DNA from: a virus
Lineage: Duplodnaviria; Caudoviricetes
Strand: one strand, 5' to 3'
IMG/VR virus record: IMGVR_UViG_3300008116_000002
Length of the DNA stretch: 64,000 bases
Position numbers and translations under genes: made by a program. The notes under the pieces are model-generated. The model saw only the letters and a list, made by a program, of their open reading frames with translations. It was not told the DNA's origin and did no database searches. Positions 46,965-56,515 of the stretch are shown in pieces (within the stretch, counting starts at the first letter, position 1; the number at the start of each line of letters is the position of its first letter).

Positions 46965-47795
46965 ATGCACACTGATGAAATTACATATGACGCCTTTATT
47001 CGAAGATGGTTCGGTAGGCTAGGTAACAATATACAGCAATTATCTAATGGCATTTACTTTTGTAAAAAAGAAAATGCTCACTTCACTTCCCCAGAACATC
47101 CTATGATCAATGCGATTGATCTATGTTTTGGTACAACAAAATATACTATTCCGGAAACTTCTCATAATTGGTTATTTTTCTTTAACGGACCAGAAGCAGA
47201 TTTTGTTTTTGATGTGGATGATTTAAATAAAAACAGAAAGAAAATTTGCGAGGATTTTATACTACCAAACTTAAAGGTAGATCAAACTAAAATAAAAGAA
47301 CCTTTACCTGACGATCACTTAATTATACACTTAAGAAGCGGTGATCTTTTTACTCATTGGCCAAGTACTCACCCTCAAAATCCTTTGGTTTATTACATGA
47401 GTTTACTTAACTTATTTGAATTCAATGCTACTGTCGTTTCCGAGGATGAGAGGCATCCTTTTATAGAAGTGTTCAAAAAATTAAGAGTGCCTGTAGAAGT
47501 ATTATCTGTGGAGGATACATATGCTAAGTTGTTGAGAGCTGTAAGTTTAGCTACCTCAGGTATAGGTAGTTTTCCTGTATCCGCTGCCCTTTGTTCTAAA
47601 AATATAAAAAGATTTTATTGTACAAATTTACATCAAGAATATAGTTTAAATCATTTTATGTTAAAAGAACATCTTGAAGTTTATGTAATGGATCTAGGTG
47701 ATAAATATATAAAAGTAGGTGAATGGAAATACTCCCCTGAAACCTTTGAGAAGTTTTATAATTATAACGAACATACATTATTTAGGAGACTATAA
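46965..47795 (+). CDS. GT11-like (alpha-1,2-fucosyltransferase-like) protein
   Basis: [11 protein letters not shown] and IIHLRSGD resemble the GT11 GGLGNQ and HVRRGD motifs. Confidence 0.55.
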   Translation: MHTDEITYDAFIRRWFGRLGNNIQQLSNGIYFCKKENAHFTSPEHPMINAIDLCFGTTKYTIPETSHNWLFFFNGPEADFVFDVDDLNKNRKKICEDFILPNLKVDQTKIKEPLPDDHLIIHLRSGDLFTHWPSTHPQNPLVYYMSLLNLFEFNATVVSEDERHPFIEVFKKLRVPVEVLSVEDTYAKLLRAVSLATSGIGSFPVSAALCSKNIKRFYCTNLHQEYSLNHFMLKEHLEVYVMDLGDKYIKVGEWKYSPETFEKFYNYNEHTLFRRL

Positions 47796-47796
47796 T

Positions 47797-48810
47797 ATGG
47801 ACAAAAGAGTTGCCTTAATTACAGGCATTACCGGGCAAGACGGTTCTTATCTTGCAGAACTTCTTTTGGAAAAAGGTTATGAGGTACATGGCGTTATTCG
47901 TCGTAGTTCCTCAATCAATACTTCCCGCATAGATCATATCTATAGTAATTCAAATCTACATTTACACTATGGCGATGTAACTGATTCATTGTCCATAATG
48001 AATATTCTCAAAAAATATAATCCAACTGAAATTTATAATTTGGCAGCACAAAGTCATGTTAAGGTTTCTTTTGAAACTCCTGAATATACAGCAATGGTAG
48101 ATGGTCTTGGAACTTTAAAAATTCTTGAAGCTGTTAGAATTTTAAATATGGAAAAGACAACTAAAATTTACCAAGCATCGACTTCAGAATTATATGGTTT
48201 GGTGCAAGAAATTCCTCAGAAAGAAACTACTCCTTTTTATCCTAGATCTCCATATGGTGTAGCAAAGTTATATGCATATTGGATCGTAAAGAACTATCGT
48301 GAATCGTATAATATGTTTGCTTGTTCTGGTATTCTTTTCAACCATGAATCACCAAGACGAGGTTTTAATTTTGTAACTAAAAAGGTAGTTGATGGATTGG
48401 CGAATATCGGAGCAGGATTTCAAGATTGTTTGTACATGGGAAATCTAAATGCGAAAAGAGATTGGGGACATGCAAAAGACTATGTCAAGGCTATGTGGCT
48501 TATTCTACAACAGGACACTCCTGAAGATTTTGTCATAGCTACCGGCGAACAATATTCGGTTAAAGAATTTATTGAAAGATGTGCTCCCTATTATGGTATG
48601 AAGATCCGCTGGGAAGGCGAAGGACTTGACGAAGTCGGCATTAATGATTATACCGGCAAAGTAATTATTCGTGTTGACCCTAAGTATTTTAGACCGGCAG
48701 AAGTGGAAACTCTTCTCGGAGATGCCACAAAGGCAAAGAGTGTTCTAGGATGGACACCTGAATATTCTTTTGACGATCTAGTCAAAGAAATGTGTACACA
48801 ATTTAATTGA
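47797..48810 (+). CDS. gmd: GDP-mannose 4,6-dehydratase
   Basis: [60 protein letters not shown]; real ATG at 47797 after an AGGAG SD. Confidence 0.97.
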   Translation: MDKRVALITGITGQDGSYLAELLLEKGYEVHGVIRRSSSINTSRIDHIYSNSNLHLHYGDVTDSLSIMNILKKYNPTEIYNLAAQSHVKVSFETPEYTAMVDGLGTLKILEAVRILNMEKTTKIYQASTSELYGLVQEIPQKETTPFYPRSPYGVAKLYAYWIVKNYRESYNMFACSGILFNHESPRRGFNFVTKKVVDGLANIGAGFQDCLYMGNLNAKRDWGHAKDYVKAMWLILQQDTPEDFVIATGEQYSVKEFIERCAPYYGMKIRWEGEGLDEVGINDYTGKVIIRVDPKYFRPAEVETLLGDATKAKSVLGWTPEYSFDDLVKEMCTQFN

Positions 48811-48817
48811 GGACAAT

Positions 48818-49444
48818 ATGTATCCTGAGTCATATCAAGAGGTAAATAGAAAAGTAACTGAAAGATACTTAAACTACAATAATGGTTTTTTTATTGAGGT
48901 TGGCGGTGCAGATGGCGTTACTCAAAGTAATACCCTACACCTAGAAAGGTATAAAAATTGGACGGGGGTTTTAGTTGAGCCAAATATTGAGGCGGCAAAA
49001 AAATGCCAAATGAACAGACCCAACTCTAAAGTCTTTAATTATGCTTTAGTTGCAGATGATTATCAAGACGAAGAATTAACCATGTTACATCGAGCTTGGT
49101 ATAATGGCGATCCTGGTCTAACTTCCTCCGCCCATAATTCTAGTATAAACGATATACCTGAATGGAATGGCTTTAATTACAAGTTTAATATACCTGCAAC
49201 AACTTTAACTAATGTGTTAGAAAACTTGAACATGGAAAATCAAACAATAGATTTTCTATCATTGGATGCGGAAGGATATGAATTAGAAATCTTAAAAGGG
49301 TTAGATATGAAAAGATTCTGTCCAAAAATTATTTTAATAGAATGGCATCTTGATCTGCAGGATGTTTTTAACGTGTTAGATTCTACACATAAACTGGAAG
49401 AACAGTTATCTAAACATGATTATGTTTTTATTCTAAAGGATTAA
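48818..49444 (+). CDS. FkbM-family methyltransferase
   Basis: FFIEVGGADG...SNT...GVLVEP...IDFLSLDAEGYELEILKG. Confidence 0.88.
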   Translation: MYPESYQEVNRKVTERYLNYNNGFFIEVGGADGVTQSNTLHLERYKNWTGVLVEPNIEAAKKCQMNRPNSKVFNYALVADDYQDEELTMLHRAWYNGDPGLTSSAHNSSINDIPEWNGFNYKFNIPATTLTNVLENLNMENQTIDFLSLDAEGYELEILKGLDMKRFCPKIILIEWHLDLQDVFNVLDSTHKLEEQLSKHDYVFILKD

Positions 49445-49446
49445 CT

Positions 49447-50412
49447 ATGGAAATGTATAAAAGTAGTAAAATATTTGTTGCGGGGCATAATGGATTGGTT
49501 GGTTCCGCAATTGTAAGAAAGTTACAAAACGAAGGATATACTAACTTAGTATTGAGGACTAAGGCTGAACTTGATCTTAGAAATCAAGATGCAGTTAAAG
49601 ACTTTTTTAAAATAGAAAAGCCTGAATTTGTATTTCTTGCTGCAGCAAAAGTCGGAGGTATTAATTATAACGCAGAATACCCTGCCGATTTTATCTATGA
49701 CAATTTGATGATACAAACAAATGTTATAGACACTGCATATAGAAACGGTGTAAAAAAATTATTGTTTCTGGGATCGGCTTGTATATACCCGAAAGTTACT
49801 CCTCAGCCAATTAAAGAAGAATATCTATTGACTGCTCCGTTGGAGCCGACAAATGAAGGATATGCTTTGGCAAAAATTACTGGTTTGAGAATGTGCGAAT
49901 ATTATAGAAAACAGTATGGGTTTAATGCAATTAGTTTAATGCCAGCAAATCTATATGGCACTAACGACAATTTTGATCCTGAAAAATGTCACGTTATTCC
50001 TGGGATGATTACTAAATTTAATGCAGCTAAAAAGAATAATACTGATGTAACATTCTGGGGTGACGGTACACCTACTAGAGAATTTTTGTTCGTAGATGAT
50101 TTAGCAGATGCTTGCTTATTTTTAATGCATAATTATAATGAAAGCGAATTTATTAATGTAGGTTCTGATGTAGAAATTGAGATTAAGGAACTATGTGAAA
50201 TTATAAGAAAAGAAATTGGGTTCGAAGGAAACATCATTTGGGATGAATCTAAACCAAACGGAACTCCTAGAAGAAAAATGGACAATACTAGATTGTTTAA
50301 TATGGGATGGAGACCGAAGATAGATTTTAATACCGGACTGGCACAAACAATTAATTGGTTTCTTACAGAAAAAGATCGTATAAAAACTCTTATGTCTAGG
50401 ATCCCAGGATGA
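49447..50412 (+). CDS. fcl: GDP-L-fucose synthase (WcaG; possibly acting as ColC)
   Basis: IFVAGHNGLVGSAI, AAAKVGGI, FLGSACIYPK, YALAK, PANLYG, HVIPG, PTREFLFVDDLA. Confidence 0.95.
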   Translation: MEMYKSSKIFVAGHNGLVGSAIVRKLQNEGYTNLVLRTKAELDLRNQDAVKDFFKIEKPEFVFLAAAKVGGINYNAEYPADFIYDNLMIQTNVIDTAYRNGVKKLLFLGSACIYPKVTPQPIKEEYLLTAPLEPTNEGYALAKITGLRMCEYYRKQYGFNAISLMPANLYGTNDNFDPEKCHVIPGMITKFNAAKKNNTDVTFWGDGTPTREFLFVDDLADACLFLMHNYNESEFINVGSDVEIEIKELCEIIRKEIGFEGNIIWDESKPNGTPRRKMDNTRLFNMGWRPKIDFNTGLAQTINWFLTEKDRIKTLMSRIPG

Positions 50413-51578
50413 AATGGCCTTTAATGGGTGAGACTATCACTTTGGGTGATAGATTAAAAATGGCACACTTTGCTTTGACCGCTCCTAAGTTTACCAACGG
50501 AGAAAAAGTAAAGAAGTTTGAAAAAGAATGGAACGAGTGGTTGGGATCTAAACATTCTTTGTATGTGTCTTCCGGAAGCACTGCAAACTTTTTATTGGTT
50601 GCTGCAGTAAAAGAATTATACGGTCTTAAGAATGGGGACAAAGTTCTTTTACCTGCATGCACATGGATGACAAATGTTGCACCTATCATGCAACTAGGCC
50701 TTGAACCAGTATTTTGCGATATTAATCTAGATAATTTTAGTTTCGATGTTGTGGACGTGGTAAAGCTATCGAAGAAGCATGATATTAAGATGATCTTCGT
50801 AACTCATCTGTTAGGTTTTTCTGCAAATAATGAAGCTTTAAGAACAATTTTTCCGAGAGCTATTATTATAGATGACATATGCGAATCACATGGATGTAAA
50901 GATGTATATGGTAAAAAGCATGGTTCGAATAGTTTAGGTGCAACATTTAGTTTCTATTTTGGTCACCATATGTCTACAATTGAAGGTGGAATGATTTCTA
51001 CTAACAATACTGATCTATATGATCTAATGAAACTAAAGAGAAGTCATGGTATGGCTAGAGAATCTCTTCGTTTCGACGAATATGCGAAAGCGTATCCAAA
51101 TATAGATAAGCAGTTTTTGTTCGTCACTGATGGATATAACTTTAGAAATCATGAAATATGTGCAGTGCTTGGTTCTTCCCAGCTAAAGCGGTTGGACAAA
51201 ATGATTAGTATTCGTAATAGAAATCACACTTTATTCACTAAAATTATTGACAAATATTCTAATCTCTTTTATAATATTAAAGATCATCCTAGCAATAGTA
51301 GTTTTTGTTTGCCCTTCATATGTAGGTCAAATGAGATTATGCTTGCAATGAAAGAGAAGTTTATTAAGTATGGTATTGAATATAGACCAGTTGTTTCAGG
51401 TAATCTTTTAGAGCAACCGTTCTTGGCTAATTATGTAATCGATACTGATAAACAAAGAACAAATGCAGACATTGTACATACGCAAGGTGTTTATGTAGGC
51501 AATAACCACTTTGTTACCGAAGAAGATATGAAATTTTTAGAAAAGGTCGTAGGAGAGATAAATGAATCGTTTAGGTGA
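50409..51578 (+). CDS. colD: DegT/DnrJ-family PLP enzyme, ColD-like GDP-4-keto-6-deoxymannose 3-dehydratase
   Basis: SSGSTAN, DDICESHG, FSFYFGHHMSTIEGGM with His at the usual Schiff-base Lys position; directly follows gmd/fcl. Confidence 0.7.
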   Translation: MKWPLMGETITLGDRLKMAHFALTAPKFTNGEKVKKFEKEWNEWLGSKHSLYVSSGSTANFLLVAAVKELYGLKNGDKVLLPACTWMTNVAPIMQLGLEPVFCDINLDNFSFDVVDVVKLSKKHDIKMIFVTHLLGFSANNEALRTIFPRAIIIDDICESHGCKDVYGKKHGSNSLGATFSFYFGHHMSTIEGGMISTNNTDLYDLMKLKRSHGMARESLRFDEYAKAYPNIDKQFLFVTDGYNFRNHEICAVLGSSQLKRLDKMISIRNRNHTLFTKIIDKYSNLFYNIKDHPSNSSFCLPFICRSNEIMLAMKEKFIKYGIEYRPVVSGNLLEQPFLANYVIDTDKQRTNADIVHTQGVYVGNNHFVTEEDMKFLEKVVGEINESFR

Positions 51579-51912
51579 ACTAATAGAACAAATTATTCAT
51601 GATACGGTAAATCGTGTATTAGAAGATGACCAGATGCCAGATTCTGAATATATTACAACAGATAATCTAGGTGAAATAATTGAGAAGCTAGCTATTATTC
51701 ATATTCGTATGTGGATGTTGGAAGATGCTATGCAGGCAGCGAAATCTGATGAGGAACTTGCCGATCTCAAAAGAAAGGTTGATATTTGTTTTAAGGTTAA
51801 GCGGCCTAAATATGTTCAAGCAATTAATCTTCTAGTAGATGATGCTATTAGAACAGGAAAGTCTTTGAGAGAAGATTCTGTAAAATTATATAAAGGCGTA
51901 GAGCATGGCTAA
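51562..51912 (+). CDS. hypothetical helical protein (DUF4254-like)
   Basis: LGEIIEKLAIIHIRMWMLED...KRKVDICF. Confidence 0.45.
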   Translation: MNRLGELIEQIIHDTVNRVLEDDQMPDSEYITTDNLGEIIEKLAIIHIRMWMLEDAMQAAKSDEELADLKRKVDICFKVKRPKYVQAINLLVDDAIRTGKSLREDSVKLYKGVEHG

Positions 51913-52903
51913 AATAATATTCTTTAATCACTATCATCGAGGCGATCTTTTAACTAGTAGAGAATTTGTTAGACAAATAACTAAAGAATTGCAGGATGTA
52001 GAATTTGCGTATATGCATTTTAATCATCCAAAATTAACTAGAGATTTAGATATTCCGAAAATAGGAGACCCCTCTTCTTTGGATCCAAAAACTCCTTTTT
52101 ATCAGGATGGGGATGACCTATATGTTAATACATGGATAGGTTGTTTCTGGGATATCTTTTGTCAGCATGGCGGCATTAATATGTTTTCTCTTTGGCATCA
52201 ATGGGAAAAAGTTTATGAAACAATTAATGCGGTGTTTGGTAGTAATTTGAAATTAAATTCGGAAAAAGAATATTATCTTCCAAGTATAGATTATTCCAGG
52301 TATAATTTAAAAAATGTAAATGCCTATTTAGAACAATCCAAAGATAGAAAAAAGATTCTATTATGTAATGGTGTTCCTAAATCTGGACAATCTTTCGCAG
52401 ACAATATGTCTAGTTTTATACATGAAACTGCAAAAAAATATTCTAATATAGATTTTATTTGTACGGAAAAATTTGAAAAAGTTTTAGATAATATTCTGTT
52501 TACAGATGATATTATCGGAGACAACGAGATTGAAGATAATAGAGCACCCTGGGAAGATAGACAAACTAATCTGTGTGATCTGTATGAGATTTCTTATCTA
52601 AGTACAAAATGCGAAGCTATTGTTGGTAAAAACTCTGGTCCTTTTGTATTTTGTGAAACTAAAGAAAATTATATGGATCCTGAGAAAAAATTCTTATCCT
52701 ATAATGTTAGTTGGGGTCCTGCATTTCATACTGAAAAGAAAAGTCCTACGGAAACTATGTCACATGGGCTAAAGTATAACTGCGATTATATGATACTTGC
52801 TATCGAAGGTCCTTACTTAGAAATAGGTAATTTGAATAATCTTACGGATGACGATAAAATTAATATACAAGTTTCATTAAATGAATTAGCACAGAGTCTA
52901 TGA
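51905..52903 (+). CDS. hypothetical, probable GT-B-like sugar transferase
   Basis: Context in the glycan island; HRGDLL N-terminus, VGKNSGPF C-terminal motif resembling GT9-type enzymes. Confidence 0.4.
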   Translation: MAKIIFFNHYHRGDLLTSREFVRQITKELQDVEFAYMHFNHPKLTRDLDIPKIGDPSSLDPKTPFYQDGDDLYVNTWIGCFWDIFCQHGGINMFSLWHQWEKVYETINAVFGSNLKLNSEKEYYLPSIDYSRYNLKNVNAYLEQSKDRKKILLCNGVPKSGQSFADNMSSFIHETAKKYSNIDFICTEKFEKVLDNILFTDDIIGDNEIEDNRAPWEDRQTNLCDLYEISYLSTKCEAIVGKNSGPFVFCETKENYMDPEKKFLSYNVSWGPAFHTEKKSPTETMSHGLKYNCDYMILAIEGPYLEIGNLNNLTDDDKINIQVSLNELAQSL

Positions 52904-53775
52904 AAAAAATAAAATTAGGATTTACTGATACTCACGAACACATTGCACAATTCTTTTCGAGTCTATTAGCTAATAGATTTGATGTAGAAATCGACAACGA
53001 GAATCCTGACTATCTAATTTTTGGTGATGAAAATTTTGGTAATCAAAATTTAAATTTTAATAAAAAAGATGTAGTTAAAATTTTCTATACAGGAGAGAAT
53101 CGTAGACCAGAAAATTATGATTGCCATTATGCAATATCTTTCGATCATAATTTTAATTCTTGGCATTATAGATTACCATTATTTGTAGTCTATATGTGGT
53201 CGTTAGATCAGATTCATAAGACTCCTTTTCAGTATTATCATATCCTTGGTAATTTCCCTGCAATGGAAAAGACTAGATTTGCTTCTTTTGTGGTTGGGAA
53301 TCCTGGGTGCAAAGAAAGAAACGAATTCTTTGAAAAGCTAAATGCAATTAAAAAGGTAGATAGCGGAGGCAAACTTTTTAATAACATTAACGCTTCATTA
53401 GATGGTGAAGAAGCAAAAATTAATTTCCTTGCAGAAAGAAAATTTAATATTTGCTTTGAGTCTATGTCCTATCCCGGATATGTAACTGAAAAGATTCTTC
53501 ATGCTTTTTATGCTAAGACTATTCCTATCTATTGGGGATCGACTACTGTAGAAAGTGATTTTAATTCTAGAGCATTTGTTAATGTACATGATTTTAGTTC
53601 TTTTGAAGAGGCAATCGATCATGTTATGATGCTAGACTCCAATGAAGATCTATACCAAAGAATGATTGCCGAGCCTGCTTTTGCATCTAATATACCCAGG
53701 GACTACGTAATTTTAAATAACTTTTTAAATTGGTTTGAATCTATTGTTTATAATAGAATTGATGCGAGAGAATAA
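52900..53775 (+). CDS. GT10 alpha-1,3/4-fucosyltransferase-like
   Basis: YTGENRRP, FASFVVGNP...RNEFF...KVDSGG..FNN, KFNICFES...GYVTEKI...TIPIYWG. Confidence 0.88.
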   Translation: MKKIKLGFTDTHEHIAQFFSSLLANRFDVEIDNENPDYLIFGDENFGNQNLNFNKKDVVKIFYTGENRRPENYDCHYAISFDHNFNSWHYRLPLFVVYMWSLDQIHKTPFQYYHILGNFPAMEKTRFASFVVGNPGCKERNEFFEKLNAIKKVDSGGKLFNNINASLDGEEAKINFLAERKFNICFESMSYPGYVTEKILHAFYAKTIPIYWGSTTVESDFNSRAFVNVHDFSSFEEAIDHVMMLDSNEDLYQRMIAEPAFASNIPRDYVILNNFLNWFESIVYNRIDARE

Positions 53776-54497
53776 TGAATATACAAACTTTTATTTTCAA
53801 TTGGCGTGGTCAATATGAAAAAACTATTGAAAAAGAAACACAACTAAAAGCCTTAGGAAAATCTCCTATCGTAATTAACAGCGACGATGCTTATAATAAT
53901 GTTGCAGGTTGGCATCACATTGGCGACGATTGTTACTTTGGTGAACAGTTTGCGAAGGCGGTGGAACTATTTACCGGAGATGTATTGTTCCATGTACAGG
54001 CAGATGCATCATATGATAATTGGGAACAGTTGTATGAGGATGCCGAAAAACATTTTGAGAAAACTGATTGGGGTATCTATGCGCCGAATGTAGATTATAC
54101 TTGGTATGATTCTTCGAGAACCGATATTACAAGTTTAGAGTTTCCCATACCCGGTTTAAAAATTGTAGCAAATACAGATTGTACTTGTTGGTTTATTCAC
54201 AAAGATATTATTGACTTATATAAGAAGCGTAATTTAAAATTAGAACAATATAAGATGGGATGGTCCTGGGATATAGTATTACCCGCTATTTGCTATATCA
54301 ATCAAAGACCAGTAATACGCGATTATAACCACACAGTAAAGCATCCGCAGGGAACTAATTATAACACGCAGCAAGCAGAAAAAGAAATGTGGGACTTATT
54401 TCAGTCTTTGCCGAAAGATTTACAAGAAGCCTTTAGTTATATCAAAGGCGACAGACAACAGTTAGCTAAATATTATGCAGAAGATTATATCATTTAG
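53775..54497 (+). CDS. hypothetical glycosyltransferase-like protein
   Basis: Context; HVQADA, GIYAP, DCTCWFI, GWSWD are GT-A-like elements. Confidence 0.4.
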   Translation: MNIQTFIFNWRGQYEKTIEKETQLKALGKSPIVINSDDAYNNVAGWHHIGDDCYFGEQFAKAVELFTGDVLFHVQADASYDNWEQLYEDAEKHFEKTDWGIYAPNVDYTWYDSSRTDITSLEFPIPGLKIVANTDCTCWFIHKDIIDLYKKRNLKLEQYKMGWSWDIVLPAICYINQRPVIRDYNHTVKHPQGTNYNTQQAEKEMWDLFQSLPKDLQEAFSYIKGDRQQLAKYYAEDYII

Positions 54498-55113
54498 CCT
54501 TTGGGGCGATTCCGCTAAGTATGGCGTAGGTGCTATACGAAACGCACAATTAGCACAAAAATATTTTCCTGATTGGAAGTGTGTTTTTTACTATGATTCC
54601 TCAGTGCCCGGAATTTATATTAGTGCCTTAAATGGTTTTAACAACGTTGAAACTATACAAATAACAGATGGGACATATGGGGCCTTTTGGAGATTATTTC
54701 AAATACAAAAAAATAGTATAACTTTAATTCGAGATACTGATTCTCGTTTATCTGAGAGAGAAAAAAATATTGTTAATGATTGGTTATCCACAAATAGAAA
54801 AGTTTGTATAATTCGAGATCATATACGGCATTACGATTTTCCTATTCTAACAGGTATGTTTGGAATTAAAGGTGAACTACCAGAACAAGCATATGAAGAT
54901 ATGAAAAAACACTGGAAAAATTTTAGTTACGCCTCAGAACAAATTTGGTTGGGGAATACTATATTTAGATTGCTTCCTGAGGAGTGCGAAGTTTATGGAA
55001 TTAAAGAAAAACTTTGGATGAGGGAAACATATTCTGCGCTAGGAAAAGATTTTATTGGACAAGCATATGATGAAAATGATAATGGTATCTATGAGGGGCA
55101 GTTAAATGACTAA
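54475..55113 (+). CDS. hypothetical glycosyltransferase-like protein
   Basis: KIISFSLWGDSAKY..GAIRN, IRDTDSRLSERE, ILTGMFG; glycan-island context. Confidence 0.5.
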   Translation: MQKIISFSLWGDSAKYGVGAIRNAQLAQKYFPDWKCVFYYDSSVPGIYISALNGFNNVETIQITDGTYGAFWRLFQIQKNSITLIRDTDSRLSEREKNIVNDWLSTNRKVCIIRDHIRHYDFPILTGMFGIKGELPEQAYEDMKKHWKNFSYASEQIWLGNTIFRLLPEECEVYGIKEKLWMRETYSALGKDFIGQAYDENDNGIYEGQLND

Positions 55114-55837
55114 ACGTGTCACTATAATTACTCCGACTACAGGAACTAAATATCTAGACGAATGTTTACTTTCAGTAAAAAATCAAACTTATACTAATCT
55201 ACAACACTTTATAGTTATAGATGGTCCTGATTATAATGAAAAAGCATTAAAAATTATATCCCCCTATAAAGATAAAACTATTCTAACACTTCCGGAAAAT
55301 ACGGGGGCAGGTGGCTACAATGGTCATCGAATATATGGTAGTATTCCATACATTCTAAATACTGATTATGTGATGTTTTTAGATGAAGATAATTGGTTAG
55401 AACCCAATCACGTAGAAAGCCTTGTTAATGTGATAGAACAAGGCAATGACTGGGCTTTTTCTTTAAGAAACATTTATGACAGCAATAGTAATTTTATTTG
55501 CACTGACGATTGCGAAAATCTCGGACTCTGGCCTACGTGCATATCTGAGCAAGAGCTCTTCGTCGACGTCGGAGCATACTTCCTCCCGACCTCAATAGCA
55601 ATTCAAATCTCTCCTCTATGGTATAGACGAGCGAGACACCCCGAAGAGCAGCCCGAAGTCGATAGAATTATAATGCAGGTTCTATTGCAATATGGATTTA
55701 AATATGATACCAATGGAAAGTATACTTTAAACTACAGAGTTGGAAATAGAACTGATTCTGTACAAAAGGATTTCTTTCTTTGGGGAAATGAAAAAATGAA
55801 ACAGAAATACAACGGAGAATATCCTTGGAGAAAATAA
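55106..55837 (+). CDS. GT2-family glycosyltransferase
   Basis: VTIITPT...SVKNQTY...VIDG...VMFLDEDNW (DxD). Confidence 0.85.
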   Translation: MTKRVTIITPTTGTKYLDECLLSVKNQTYTNLQHFIVIDGPDYNEKALKIISPYKDKTILTLPENTGAGGYNGHRIYGSIPYILNTDYVMFLDEDNWLEPNHVESLVNVIEQGNDWAFSLRNIYDSNSNFICTDDCENLGLWPTCISEQELFVDVGAYFLPTSIAIQISPLWYRRARHPEEQPEVDRIIMQVLLQYGFKYDTNGKYTLNYRVGNRTDSVQKDFFLWGNEKMKQKYNGEYPWRK

Positions 55838-55844
55838 AATAATT

Positions 55845-56513
55845 ATGAAAAAACCAGTTGTAATTTATTCCAGCGACGATAATCCAGATTATGTAGAGTT
55901 TGAACCAATCGTTAAAGAGTTTTGGGAAACTCTTGGGTTTGAACCGTATTATGCTAAAATTGGAAGTGAGGAATATCCTTTAATAGAAGGGGTCGAATCT
56001 TCATTGCAATCTCAGATTGTACGATTGTATGCGCCGAGACTATTTCCTAACAGAATAGTCTTGACGACAGATATAGACATGTTGCCCTTTGATAAAAATT
56101 ATTTTTTAGAAAAACTACCTCAAGCAAAAAATCAAATATCTATATTTTGCGCAGATAGCTACGAAGGCAAACGATATCCGATGTGTTATTTGGCAGCATA
56201 TGGTAAAACTTTTGAATCTATAGCTTTAGAAAAAAATGAAACGTGGGAACAATTTGTTATAAGATTACATAGTTTAAATTTAGGATGGAATACTGACGAA
56301 TTATACATGACAGAAAGAATCAATAATTCTTCTTTTAAAAAAATAAAATATTCTAGAGGTTGGTTACCAAACGGTGTAGCGAAAAATAGATTATGTAGAG
56401 TATTTTGGTATTGGGATGAATCTGAGAAATATTATGATGCACATTGCCCTAGGCCTTATTCCGCACATAAAGAACAAATTGATAGTTTACGATATTTTCT
56501 AACAACAGAATAA
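55845..56513 (+). CDS. hypothetical GT-A-like protein
   Basis: LTTDIDMLP (DxD), YPMCY, WNTDE; glycan-island context. Confidence 0.45.
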   Translation: MKKPVVIYSSDDNPDYVEFEPIVKEFWETLGFEPYYAKIGSEEYPLIEGVESSLQSQIVRLYAPRLFPNRIVLTTDIDMLPFDKNYFLEKLPQAKNQISIFCADSYEGKRYPMCYLAAYGKTFESIALEKNETWEQFVIRLHSLNLGWNTDELYMTERINNSSFKKIKYSRGWLPNGVAKNRLCRVFWYWDESEKYYDAHCPRPYSAHKEQIDSLRYFLTTE

Positions 56514-56515
56514 AT

